A stretch of DNA of 64,000 nt, taken from Owenia fusiformis. Lineage: Eukaryota. Within the stretch, counting starts at the first letter, position 1, and every line of letters begins with the position of its first letter. The translations under genes and the position numbers were made by a program. The stretch spans positions 43,958,001-44,022,000 of the forward strand of contig CAIIXF020000001.1 of the NCBI GenBank assembly GCA_903813345.2, written 5' to 3'. This document shows, one piece after another, positions 1-11,479 of this stretch. The notes beneath the pieces were generated by a model, which saw only the letters and a list, made by a program, of their open reading frames with translations, ran no database searches and was not told the origin of the DNA.

Positions 1-148
1 ATTTTGGTCAAACTTCGTATACACTTGTATATGGAGAAAAATTGAAGAATAAGTCTAAATGAGAAAGTAAATAGATAATTCCGGCGTTGAGGCTCATGCT
101 GTCAAAGGTATAATAGATATGTTATTAATTAAAGCTGTTATTTAATAG

Positions 149-319
149 GCTATCCATGGCTTTAGAGAAACTGAGAGGAAGGAATGGAATGATGTTAATA
201 GCGCAATAATTCAGAGGATCAAGAAAAAAGTCTTCCAGGATGCGACTCCTTTGGAGCATGTACACATCATTGATGTTGCTAAAGATGGATATATAAAGCC
301 ACATATAGATGCAGTCAGG
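149..319 (+). CDS. ALKBH7: ALKBH7 internal coding exon (contains HxD motif)
   Basis: taatag|GCT...GTCAGG|gtaagt, 171 nt, phase 0/0. Confidence 0.93.
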
Positions 320-1732
320 GTAAGTGTTATTTCCAGATCTTCATGTTATTAAATGTTTCTGTTCATGATGACCCTTTTTATTTTCATTAGCTGACTAATA
401 ATTAAAGGTTTCTCTAACTCTATCCTATCAATTACTACTTGCTTAAATTGTTATCAGAAGTTCAAATCTGATTTTACCTTTAAGATTTTACCTTCAATGA
501 CATTTTCGAGGTCAAAAGGTTAAAAAAGTCAAAGAGGTCTTTTTTCAACTTGCTCCAAATGACCTTTTTTTCAAAATCATCTACAAGCTCTCAAAAGTTC
601 AAATCTGTCTATAGCTTTGACCTCCAATGACATTCTCATGGTCAAAAAAAAGATTTGACCTTCAATGACCTTCTCAAGGTCAAAAAGGTCTTCTCCCATC
701 TTGTATATTGTTATAAAACATATTCATTTTTATATTTGTAGTTTTGTGGTAGCGCAATAGCAGGGCTATGTTTGCTGTCCAGTGCTGTGATGAGACTAAG
801 GCATGAAACCAAACCTGGCATCTTAGATTTATTGCTCAAACGTAGAGGACTCTACATAATCAAGTGAGTTTAAGTTATTTGCTCACAGATTTGAGTAAAG
901 TTAGGAGAACTGTGAATTGGTTTTAAATGTGTAACAACCAGGAATTAAATGTGGGTCAGGCATAGTCAAGCAAAGATGTGTCTAAATGGCATTCAATGGC
1001 TAATTACACTCATTGATAAAATTATGCTTATGTATCTCATTCCATGAAAAAAATAGCTAATATCATTGATTGTATACATCAATTATTGTCCAGGGATGTA
1101 TAGATACCTTCCAAAATCCAACTTCACGGACAACAGTTGGAAAAAAGCAAAAATTTATATATTGTTATATCACCGCCATATTATTTTTATCAGTGTCATG
1201 CAATGTTTCAACAATACTCCCCTATTTACCAAGTCATATTCCTGTTTTTCAATGGTAAGCCAAGGTTGAATTCCATAATCATTGGAACATCCAAATGCTG
1301 TAGTTACCCTTGTAATCATTAAATAGGCATTCTACCGTCTGACTAGCTCTAAATGATTTATAATTTCAATGCTGATTAGAAGTTAATGATGACTGTGAAA
1401 TGTAGCTTTCATAGTATATCAAGTGTTAAGTGAGTGTAAGCTACTATTGCATTTATTGGATAGAAAATATAATGTTGTGAATTTTACAACATATAATATT
1501 CTAATTGGATGTATGCTAGATGAAATAAATATGTCTTATTTAAAGAGTAAATATGAAGGTAAGCTCATATAAAGGTTGATTTGGTGTTTGTTTCAGAGAT
1601 GCTGCCAGATATGACTACACACATGAGGTATTAAAGTCAGATGAGTCCCATTTCAAGGGAGAGGAGGTCACCAGGGAGAGGAGAGTAGCTATTATATGTA
1701 GGAGTGAACCTAGGCCACAGGATATACACTGA
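149..1732 (+). CDS. ALKBH7: AlkB homolog 7 (Fe(II)/2-oxoglutarate dioxygenase), 3' part; exons 149-319, 742-863, 1597-1732; 5' exon(s) upstream of window
   Basis: GT-AG splicing gives one open frame: AIHGFRETERKEW...HIIDVAKDGYIKPHIDAVR|FCGSAIAGLCLLSSAVMRLRH...GLYIIK|DAARYDYTHEVLKSDESHFKGEEVTRERRVAIICRSEPRPQDIH*. Closely resembles ALKBH7 as recalled (AIHGFRETE, GYIKPHVD, RYDFSHE, RRISVICR); HxD...H...R motifs intact. Confidence 0.95.
742..863 (+). CDS. ALKBH7: ALKBH7 internal coding exon
   Basis: tttgtag|TTTTGT...ATCAA|gtgagt, 122 nt. Confidence 0.93.
1597..1732 (+). CDS. ALKBH7: ALKBH7 last coding exon
   Basis: gtttcag|A GAT GCT...CAC TGA; AATAAA at 1904 and 1931. Confidence 0.92.
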
Positions 1733-2037
1733 ACAGTATGTATAATTCAGTTTAATTTAGCATGTCAGAAATTTTTGTTCTGAAAGTCACAATATTGTTC
1801 CAAAATCTACACTTACTCAAGGGCCTAGCAGTTAGCAAAATGGATTACATATAAAAATTTACTGTGAAACATTTAAAGTATAAGTAATATGAAAATATGT
1901 TACAATAAAATAACAAAAACAGATACTGGAAATAAAGAATATAGATGATCAATAGACTATACTTTATTGGTGAAGAGGGGGAAAATCCCAGGGTTTAGAA
2001 ATGACATACGTCTATAATGTAAATGTGAATTGAGATA

Positions 2038-2081
2038 TGACATCGTCGCTGATTGGTCAAATCAACAGACAAATGACATCA
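2038..2081. promoter_or_regulatory. Putative promoter motifs (CCAAT box flanked by CRE-like TGACATC sites)
   Basis: tgacatcg 2038, ctgattggtc 2049-2058, tgacatca 2074; followed by a 5' splice-site-like G|gtaagc at 2298. Confidence 0.3.
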
Positions 2082-3073
2082 TTCAATGGTGGTTTCAAAA
2101 TTGTCTAAAAACACTTAGAATAATGTTATGTTAATATCTGGTGTGTTAACTATCACCATAGCTTGTTAAAATGTTATTTCACATTTCACATCAAGATAAA
2201 GGAATGTATATGGATTACAGTATTCTATCATCGATTAACGATTAACGTTGTGTGGTATTAGGAAACTAGCCAGTGATAATTAGAACAAACGAAGGTGGTA
2301 AGCAAGAGACATAATGACGACTGTGTCATGTCTTCCCTCCTCCTTTATTGGTGAACAAACTGAATGTGATGTAGAATTACTACTGCACAGTTGCCATCTA
2401 TTAATTCAAATCAGATATTAGTAATGGAAGTGACCTGTAATAAATCCCAAAAAATAATGAGCCTGCATAGATGTCCAAAACATGGTACCAGATTTTCTTA
2501 AAAAAGAAATCAGTTATCCAGAAAGCCTATAGAATGTGTCACAGGAATATGTTTAACACATTCTGAAGCAACGTGTAAATAGGGGAGGGAGTTGAGTTTT
2601 CAAATAGAGAAAACATAATGACCGATTAAACCTTGGAATAAAGAATGTGTGAATGAAAGTGGTTAATTATTAACTTAATGAAAAAATGGCCGCCTTTAAG
2701 TTATAAGGCTTTTTACCTAAAGTTGAAGAAAGTGTTGTCCCTTCTCATACATGTTATGAATATTAACAAACATAACATCATATTGAAAAGTACATGTATG
2801 AGACATTCCATCTGATGCATTTGTTCCTTTCCCCCAGCATGGCTGAAATGATAGCACTATAATGAAGTATTCAAAGTTCTCTTAATAGAGTTTCAACAAT
2901 AGATAGGGCTAACCATAGTTTTTTCCTATGCCTGCACCATCACCATGGTAATGTCAAACACAATACAAATTCAAAGTTATGTTGACCCACTTTCTTTATT
3001 TTATAATCTTTTGACTGTTTAATAAATGTCAATTGAATACAGACTTCACGGCTAGCTTTTTGACACACTCATT

Positions 3074-4279
3074 TTTTAGTATCCCATCGAACGAAGTTCG
3101 GAGGGACATAGGGAACGCCTCCGTCCGTCCATCTGTCAGTCCGTCCATCCGTACGTACGTCCGTCCGGGCAATAACTCAAATACCGTTGGCCCGATTTTG
3201 TTCATATTTTGTACACATATACCCTATGGGGGTAGAAGTTCTGCTCGAAAGCGGATTTTCAAAATGGCCACTCATTTCAAAATGGCGGCCATTTTAGTGC
3301 CGAATTTACAGTAATTTAGGTGCAATATGTAAAATTGTAATAGCAATATGTTTAAGATGTAAAAAAATTATATAGGACATTAATAAAGCTAGAAATGTAG
3401 ATATTAAAGAAGCACATGGCAGCCATCTTGAAAAATGGCGGCCTTTACTCTTTATTTTACGATTTTTGCTGTAACTCGAAAAGTAGTGGAGCGATTTTGT
3501 TCATATTTGGTATGTGAATACTACAAACATTGCACACTGTCTAAAGACACTTTTGGTAGAAGGCAGCCATTTTAAAAAATGGCCGCCATTTTGAAAAATG
3601 GCCACCATTTAAACGTATTTTACTATAACTCAAAAAGTAGTGGAGCCATTTTGTTCATATTTGGTATGTGAATACTATAAGCATGACACACTGTCCTATG
3701 ACACTTTTGGTAGAAGGCGGCCATTTTGAAAAAAAATTTGAAAAATGGCCGCTCGAAAAGTATGGAGCGATTTTGTTCATATTTGGTGTGTGAATACTAG
3801 AAGCATGACACACTGTCCTATGACACTTTTGGTAGAAGGCGGCCATTTTGAAATAAATTAAATGTATTTTACTATAACTCAAAAAATAGTGAAGCGATTT
3901 TTTTCATATAAGGTATGTGAATACTATAAGCATGGCACACTGTCTAATGACACTTTTGGTACATTTTAACGTATTTTACTATAACTCGAAAAGTAGTGGA
4001 GCAATTTTACTAATGGTACATTTGGTAGAAGGTGGCCATTTTGAATAATGGCTGCCATTTTAACATATTTTACTCTAACTTGAAAAGTAGTGGAGCGATT
4101 TTGTTCATATTTGGTATGTGAATACTATAAGTATGGCACATGGTCTAATGACACTTTTGGTAGAAGGTGGCCATTTTGAAAAATGGCTGCCATTTTTGCT
4201 ATATACTTTATTTGTAAAAATGCCATCCATGGCTGTTCGATGGGATTCGCTACGCTTTGGCGTTGCCGTTGCTCTGGTT
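3074..4279 (+). mobile_element. Non-autonomous Helentron/DINE-1-like element (HINE), family A copy 1
   Basis: Subterminal inverted repeats atcccatcgaac (3081) / gttcgatgggat (4235); (CCGT)n microsatellite; central ~120-155 bp tandem repeats; 3' hairpin acgc-tttg-gcgt; CTGGTT end; T-rich flanks; second copy at 33632-34340. Confidence 0.85.
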
Positions 4280-5844
4280 TAATAAGTGGCACTATAATGA
4301 CCATTAAAGTGCAATATTTACCAACAATTTAGTGCTGCTCCATGAAGGCAAACTTTTCAGTTAATTAAATTAAAAAGAAACTTATGGAAACAATGAATGC
4401 AAACTGCATTTTTATGATGGACTTTATTCAGGAATTTCCTTGGTCATGTAAACTTTTGTCAGAAAGCATAACATATTAGTACTCCTCTATGTTTTTAACC
4501 AAACAACCTGTGATAGCTTTTGGTTTTATTTGGCAATTGTCACTTGTTGACAAACTGATAAGGCCACTTTAGCTCTGCCATAGTACCACTTTACAGTGAT
4601 CTAGTTAGATATCATATAGAATAACACAACTTGGCAGACATACATAGTCCATGTAGTGAACCTTTTGTAAACATTCTTAAATAAATCTATTAATTAATGA
4701 TGAACATGGAGATAGAAAAATGGGATTATTTGAACTGATTGTTTATTAAATAGGAACTGATGTAGAAGGTAGGCTATTGTAGCTTTGGCTCGTTTACAAA
4801 GTGAACACTTTCTCTTTACAGACATGAGCAAGGAAATATAAAAAGTCATCAGCTGGCAGTTGTAAGTAAACACTAAGTGGTCTTTTACACAATAAGCACA
4901 AAGTGGGGTCAAAATGAGCATTGGAACTTGTGCAAATTTAGCAAATTATGTGCTCTTGGTTTTCGAGTTTTGAAACACATTACAGTAAAATGTAAATAGC
5001 TAAATAGTCACTCCATATTTTGTAGGCTTAGTCTGCTCTGTTCAGAGCTCAAAGTCCCATTTATGTTTTTGCAAGCTGACTAAAATATCTGTCTCTTGTG
5101 CATGTGTTGTAATACTGACTCATTACAGATACATTGTAACTCTATATTTGAAGATTCTTCTTGCCAAATATTAAATATTGGGTCTATTTTCAAGAAAGTA
5201 TTTGTTTGAATAATTGAACTCACTCCAACAGTTTGAATTACAATTGTTTGATCATAAAATGTAGATGCTTTGATACAAGAACATTTATTGGATTTATATT
5301 GTTAAGTCCAATCTTGTTCCTGAAATGAAAATAATTGGAAATTTAGTTTGAAGTAGAATTGATTTATGTACAAACTTTGATTCATTGGCTAGTATCGACT
5401 TATAAACCTATTTTATTGGTTCAAAAAAGTTTACTCAGTTTATAATAGAATTTGAATTGTTAACTTAAGTGCAATGAAATGTTATATTCTGTCTGCTTTA
5501 TGCTGTGTTATTTACATAAACATTTCTGTTAATAACCATTTTAAATGTTACAATGACATAAGAACACGAAGAAAGTTTTTGATAAGTATTTTATGCATAT
5601 CCCCTGCATCTACATACTACAAAGGCCTGCACCAGGATATTAATGTAACAATAGTCAAGTAACTTTTGAGTATCCCCTGGAGGATATTTATCAAAGCAGC
5701 ATCAGATGAGAGAGAAAGCACTTCAAGAGAATGAAATAAGGAATTCAGGTTTGTGTAAACATACATAATGGAACTATGATTCTTTGGGAAGAATCTGAAC
5801 TGTATACTACACTGTAAGTCACTGGACCTGTTAATTGAATGTAG

Positions 5845-6275
5845 GCTAATGCCAAGGATTAAACAAGATAATTAGTTAATGTCATGCTCAATGGGGCTGG
5901 AAGCATAGCTATACATGATGATCCATATGTAGGTCTACTTTGGGTTTCAGTAAGTTGGTTTCCATATTTCCTTGTATAGAGACTCTATGGCTCTATTGGA
6001 CTGTTTGTAAGCGGTGTCTCTGATTTCTATTTTCAAGTATTATGATTATTAGGAGATTTTAAGCTGTACTTATGGTAAGTAAGGTTAATGACATTACATT
6101 TTATTCATGAAAAAGTTGTTATTTATGATGCAATTTATATACCACTTAGATTTTTTGTTAAAAAGCATGTTGTTAGCAAAGAAAATGGATTCATATGAGG
6201 TAAGAAGAAAACTTTGATTCAATGGAGGTTAATGCCAAGGATTAAGCAAGACAATCAGTTAATGTCATGCTCAAT
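5845..6275. repeat. ~46-bp dispersed direct repeat (two copies near 5846 and 6229)
   Basis: taatgccaaggattaa(a/g)caaga(t/c)aat(a/c)agttaatgtcatgctcaatg occurs twice. Confidence 0.75.
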
Positions 6276-7097
6276 GTTTGAGGAATAGAATAAGGGTAAG
6301 TTCTTATCTTTTTTACTAAAAAATGGTGACATATTGTTATCGTGTCCATTTTTTGTGACGGTGGTTGGCGATCAGTGGTTGGCAATTGGCAGTTGGCATC
6401 CGTAACAAATGGTGGTGACATTTTGACCGAGACCTCCTGATGCTAGCTGTGAAATTCTAAGATAATAGAAAAATCAAAGCCAAACTCTTTACAAAGTTAC
6501 TCAATGTTCTATATACATGTGTATTGCTAAGTGATTTACATGCAAAAACATGTTCATTTATTAGAGTTGGTACACATAGTGGGATGAATACGGTATGCAT
6601 GTACATATGTAGGTGTTGTCAGAGCTACAATATTGGCATTATCCTCAATCTAACTTAAGTGCTTTCCCACATTTTCTGGTAAATGTAGATTTATGATGTG
6701 AATAAAACTTTATGATTATTATTCCCAGATAGATAATCCTCATAGAACACATATGCTTATAGATAAACTCAGATATTAAGAGGGTTAAGGAGTGCATGTA
6801 CTATGTAGCCAAACTAGAATCACTTGTAGCTGAGATCTCTTATAAGTTATTTAATAAGATAACATGAGAGTCAAGTATCTGATTAGGACATCAATGTGAT
6901 TATATAAGTTTGAAAGTGTTAATTACTGCCATATAATGGATGTAGCTTGTTATATGTTTGTGTAAAACTTGGAGCTCATTATAAGGTAGGTGAAAAAGGA
7001 AAATGTCATGTTTTGCAAAATTAAAAAAAATTATGTTTAATTCAAATTCATGGCATGTGAAAGAACTGATTTAGTCCATTTTGTCCCAGTGTATGTA

Positions 7098-7697
7098 CAG
7101 TGTGGGCCAAAAAAACAAAACCCGAGTTTAAAGATGAATATCATTATATATATGTTAAGTCATGCCATGCATTATGTATCATATCAAATTGAAAAACTAC
7201 TGTTTTCATTCTTGCGGAGTTAAAGGCTAAAATTGGGGGTGTCATGAGTGACCAAAAAATTATTCATTGCTGATTTCCAAATTGTGGAAAATGGAGGGAA
7301 ATTTGAACTTCGGCACCTTCAAAAGATGTACAGTTATACAAGTTTAGTGCAAAATTCACTAATGATACTTATATCTTTTTAATTAATTATTATTATTAAT
7401 TGTATCTTACTCCTAAATGAATTTATAATGATTTAGTCAAGCATATTGAGTGCAGCTGTGACTGCAATATGAAGAGAAATGTGAAGGGAATTTTCATTTT
7501 TTGATTTTTTCTTGCTCATGACATCCCTGGTGTCACTTTTAGCCTCCAAATCCACAAAAACAGAGGTTTTTCAATCGAATGGTGTCATATTGTTATGATT
7601 TATGTTTAAAATGATATATAATACGAGGCATGGTTTAAGATGTACCATATGAATCATTCATCTTTAATCTTGGGTATTGTTTGTTTGGGCCACCCTG
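7098..7697. mobile_element. Tc1/mariner-type MITE with long imperfect inverted repeats
   Basis: TA|cagtgtgggccaaaaaaacaaaacccgagtttaaagatgaa ... ttcatctttaatcttgggtattgtttgtttgggccaccctg|TA; inverted similarity continues ~150-200 bp inward. Confidence 0.85.
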
Positions 7698-8493
7698 TAT
7701 ATGGAAAATGATGTTATAGAAAATATATGTATGTTTGTACTGGTTGAATCTGCTTCCTGGAGTAAACATTTTACAAATCCTTTGTAGTCTAATTATGTTC
7801 TGAAGTTTTTTAGATTAAGTGATATCTCGAAAATGTTAAAATCGTTCGTACCCTTTTTATCTCCGATTTTAAACCATTCTAAGTCATTTATTTCTTGAGA
7901 TTTGACACATAACACTTTGTATACAGTAATGCAAGAGGCGCAAGAGGCAAAGATATATGGTATGTGTTATATCTAAGATCTTTTTTGATAGGCTCAAGTA
8001 GCATCCTAAATCAGGCTAAAGTAGTTAACTGATTAACTAACTCTTCAAATTAACTCTGTTAAACTACATTGTATTTCCTTTATTCCTTCTTAGTTCCCAA
8101 ATGATTTTCTTTTATCACATTGTATTGTAAGAGCTTTGGCATTAATAGGCCTCCATCCAGCAGTATATTGTTTGTTAACCTAAATCAGTCTGACTCCCTA
8201 TGTTTACCCTGTCATACATGTCCAATTATTGTACCATAGACAGTATTTGTTACACTGGTTACTCAATTTTCTTATATAGATTAGTGTCTGACTTGAATGC
8301 AGATGGTTCTTGCATTCTGCTATTTTAGCAATTGAAGATACTCATGTAATAAGTAGGGCAATCGACTCTTCTCTAAAATTAAATCGAAAAAACTGCATTC
8401 ATAGCTATCATACTGTAGCTATCTTCACTGGGGGTATCTTGCATTGTTCGAGGTGATAACTCTTTGTTCATATGAATGAGTAAGATTCAAAAG

Positions 8494-8636
8494 CAGACCC
8501 ATAGCCAGGGGGTTTTGGGGCCAAAAATTCTTTCAAAATCATGCAGTTTTTTACCATTTTGAGCTGTTGTCAAAAGTGACCCCCCCTGGAATGTTCTAAA
8601 AAGTGAACCCCTTGGCAAATCCTGGCCAAGGGTCTG
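8494..8636. mobile_element. Small CAG-terminated MITE with 5-bp TSD (AAAAG)
   Basis: TIRs cagacccatagccagg / cctggccaagggtctg; aaaag on both sides; related copy at 23418-23587. Confidence 0.75.
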
Positions 8637-9274
8637 AAAAGTGTGTACATGTACTTGGGAATTGTGACTTAGCATTTGGCTTAATTATTTGTGTCGTCAC
8701 ACATGTTCATTCAAACTCAAGTACACAAAATATAGGTAGCAACTAAGGGCGGCATTCTGTGAAACAAAGCCTTTCTTGATTTCTTATCAAGGTTGATAAA
8801 AATAAGCCAATTTTAAATGATATTTTTCATGTTCAAGTATTTTGCAAGCCTATTTTCAAAATGCATGGGAGATCACTGAAGTGTTATCTTCAATGACATA
8901 CGAATTAACACTTTGTTCTTTTAATAACAGTATCATGCATGTCATGTTATGTTATATAATACAAACAAAGAGATAAGCTACATGTTTCACTTCCCCGAGG
9001 GGTTTCATGTGATGTGCCAGTAATTGTATACAGTATGTATTTAATATCACATGTACATGCATAATGATCACGTTTGTTTGCCATATATTACATCAGAGGT
9101 ATCCTTTTATGTATTTGCAGGTAAGGGTGACTGATCATATACGCTCGCTTTATACACCTACAAGGTGGAGTGCCAAAACTATAGACTGGCACAACAACTA
9201 TTGAGGAAGCTTTAGCCTAACTGAATATTACGTCTCTGTGGGCTTACCGTCAACGATTATTTTCTCAAAGTGAA

Positions 9275-9766
9275 ATGGCTGCGTCTGCAGAGCTAAGTCT
9301 GGATATGGAAGTTCAGGCTTCAGAAGTTATCGAGATAGAAGAGGATTTAGAAAAAGACTTTGAAGAACTTGGTCATGATTTAGAAATTCCTACAAGGAGG
9401 GACCTAAGTGAGTCTACTAACACTGTATTAAAAGACATTACACCTGTTATTGATGACAATTTGGCAGACTCTCATAGAGACAAGAATGTCAGTTTTAAAG
9501 GAAATTATATTGTCAATGACCGTATTACTGTTCCTAAAAAATATGCAGTTGAAGAGAACCCTGATTATATCTATTGGAAGACGACTAATGCACGCCTTCT
9601 CGTGAAGAGTCAGCAGGACCTAGTGCGTAACTTACAGTTCATGAAGGAGGGGCTGGGGCGCATGGAACAGGAGATCAACACATTGAAAGAAGGACTGGTC
9701 TTCTCGAGGAGATGCAATAATGTCAAAACAATGCTTTTCAGCCCAGAGGGATATTCAACATGTTAA
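9275..9766 (+). CDS. Uncharacterised 163-aa protein, single coding exon; acidic N-terminus, predicted C-terminal coiled coil
   Basis: Longest ORF in an AT-rich window; good start context gaaATGG; protein-like composition and raised GC; pyrimidine-rich acceptor (tttgcag, 9120) 154 nt upstream with no intervening ATG. Family not recognised. Confidence 0.7.
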   Translation: MAASAELSLDMEVQASEVIEIEEDLEKDFEELGHDLEIPTRRDLSESTNTVLKDITPVIDDNLADSHRDKNVSFKGNYIVNDRITVPKKYAVEENPDYIYWKTTNARLLVKSQQDLVRNLQFMKEGLGRMEQEINTLKEGLVFSRRCNNVKTMLFSPEGYSTC

Positions 9767-11479
9767 CAGGTTTGCATGGTGGGATTCATCAAAGCAAACA
9801 TTGGATATGTATATTTAAAGAACTATTAAGTAGTGTGTGATTTCCCAAAATATTAGATATATCCTGAAAAAAAGCTTTGCATTGTGAGATTTTCTGTAGC
9901 CAATATGGAATATACATGGCTAAGCAATGCATACTAAGTCAGCCACAAGATACAAGAGCCGAGCTTCACATGATTGATAATGTGCATGCATTTTTAGTGA
10001 TGCTTCACTATTTAATGGACTGGATATTGGCCTGAAACCAACTAATGCTTAGTAACTAGAAAGTAGACAACAGGAGGATATACTATATGGTGTTCAATTT
10101 AGTATCATGGATATATTTGTTATAATTTATCATTTGGAAGTGGTGGTCTTACATGTATATGTTGATCTGTCCATCACTCCATATGACTATTACAGAAAAT
10201 ATGATACAATATTTCAGGATGACATTGATCCTATCAATGATAGATTAAAAACTTATTTGCTATTTTACATAATAACATCGACAGTAGAAATATTTTTTGG
10301 AATATGATTGCTTTATTTAGTTACTACCAGAATCAAAGGTGAATACATACAAATAAGCTTACATATTGTATAAAAAATATAAAATGAACACAAAAACTAG
10401 AACGAGGCTGATAGGTGCACCTCCTAGCTATCAGCAGTATTCAAAAATCATATTTCTGCATTGTTACACATATGCATACTAAATGGATCTTTAAGTTTAT
10501 CAATTTCATTTACTTAATTATGCAGTCATGTTGCCCTTCTTTTCAATAATGTCATTTATTCACATGGACTCATGGTTGGCTGAATAATCATTTATTTTGC
10601 ACAGTAGGCCAAAATTGGTTTTGGATAAAGTTTTAGAGATTACAACAGTCAGTGCACAGGTCTGGTGCTATCTCCTGACTTTACTTTTTGTGACCTTTTC
10701 CTTTGAGGCTATCTCAATAGCAAAGTGTTCACCACCCCTCAACAACATTGCAACATTGTAAAGAGGAGAAATGTAGCTTCATGGTACATTGAATGAAATA
10801 GATGCAGTCATCACTGATTTTATGGTTTTACAATTTATTTGTTTGTTGCATTTTTTGAACACCCTGTATCTTCAATAATAAATCCGAAAATCGTGAATTC
10901 CAAAAATTTGGGAACACAAGGAAGCATTTCCAAAAGTTCTAAAATCAGATGGATTGGGCAAAAAGTCAGTTTCATGCCAGCCCTAACCAAGCCCATTTGG
11001 AAATGTAGGTGTTTTACATGGGTTTATTGAAGGGATGCTTGATATTTTGATTGGGAAATCTATCATATCACCCCGAAGTGATGGCTTCTGAGTGTATATG
11101 GGAATGGATATACATGCATACTGTTTAATAGATATACATCTTAAATAATATCATCAGTTGTAGTTTTGCAATTTATTTAAAAAAATAAAACAGTTAATGT
11201 TAAGTTTATTAAATGAATTTATGGCACACTATTTTTCTATTTAAATGAAGCACATTGAATGATCACAACTTGGCTATACATGACATACCCACACCTCAAG
11301 AAAAATGGCCCTGATATCATATTCATTGAGCAATTTAATGGTACACTTTCTCTTGAAAAAGTAAAACTTCCAGATTTGTTGAATTTTCTAGCAGAAATCG
11401 CCTGGCCTCCCTCTGTTCATTTTGTCCAATCACCAGGCAGGGTAACATTACACACCCAATCTGTTGCATTACAATACTA

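Noticed and set aside
470..695. Repeated tgacct/aggtca words as nuclear-receptor response elements
   Set aside because: They are part of a decayed tandem or TE-like repeat in an ALKBH7 intron; no independent support
1730..1742. TGA stops of ALKBH7 and TXN as selenocysteine, or the gtatgt after the ALKBH7 stop as a read-through donor
   Set aside because: Both stops fall at the expected C-termini, no SECIS was recognised, and AATAAA signals follow ALKBH7 at 1904 and 1931
3033..3314. 93-aa ORF with a near-identical partner at 34126-34344 (and 50363-50683)
   Set aside because: Translations of HINE ends and the (CCGT)n microsatellite (SVRP repeats); the similarity reflects TE copies, not a gene family
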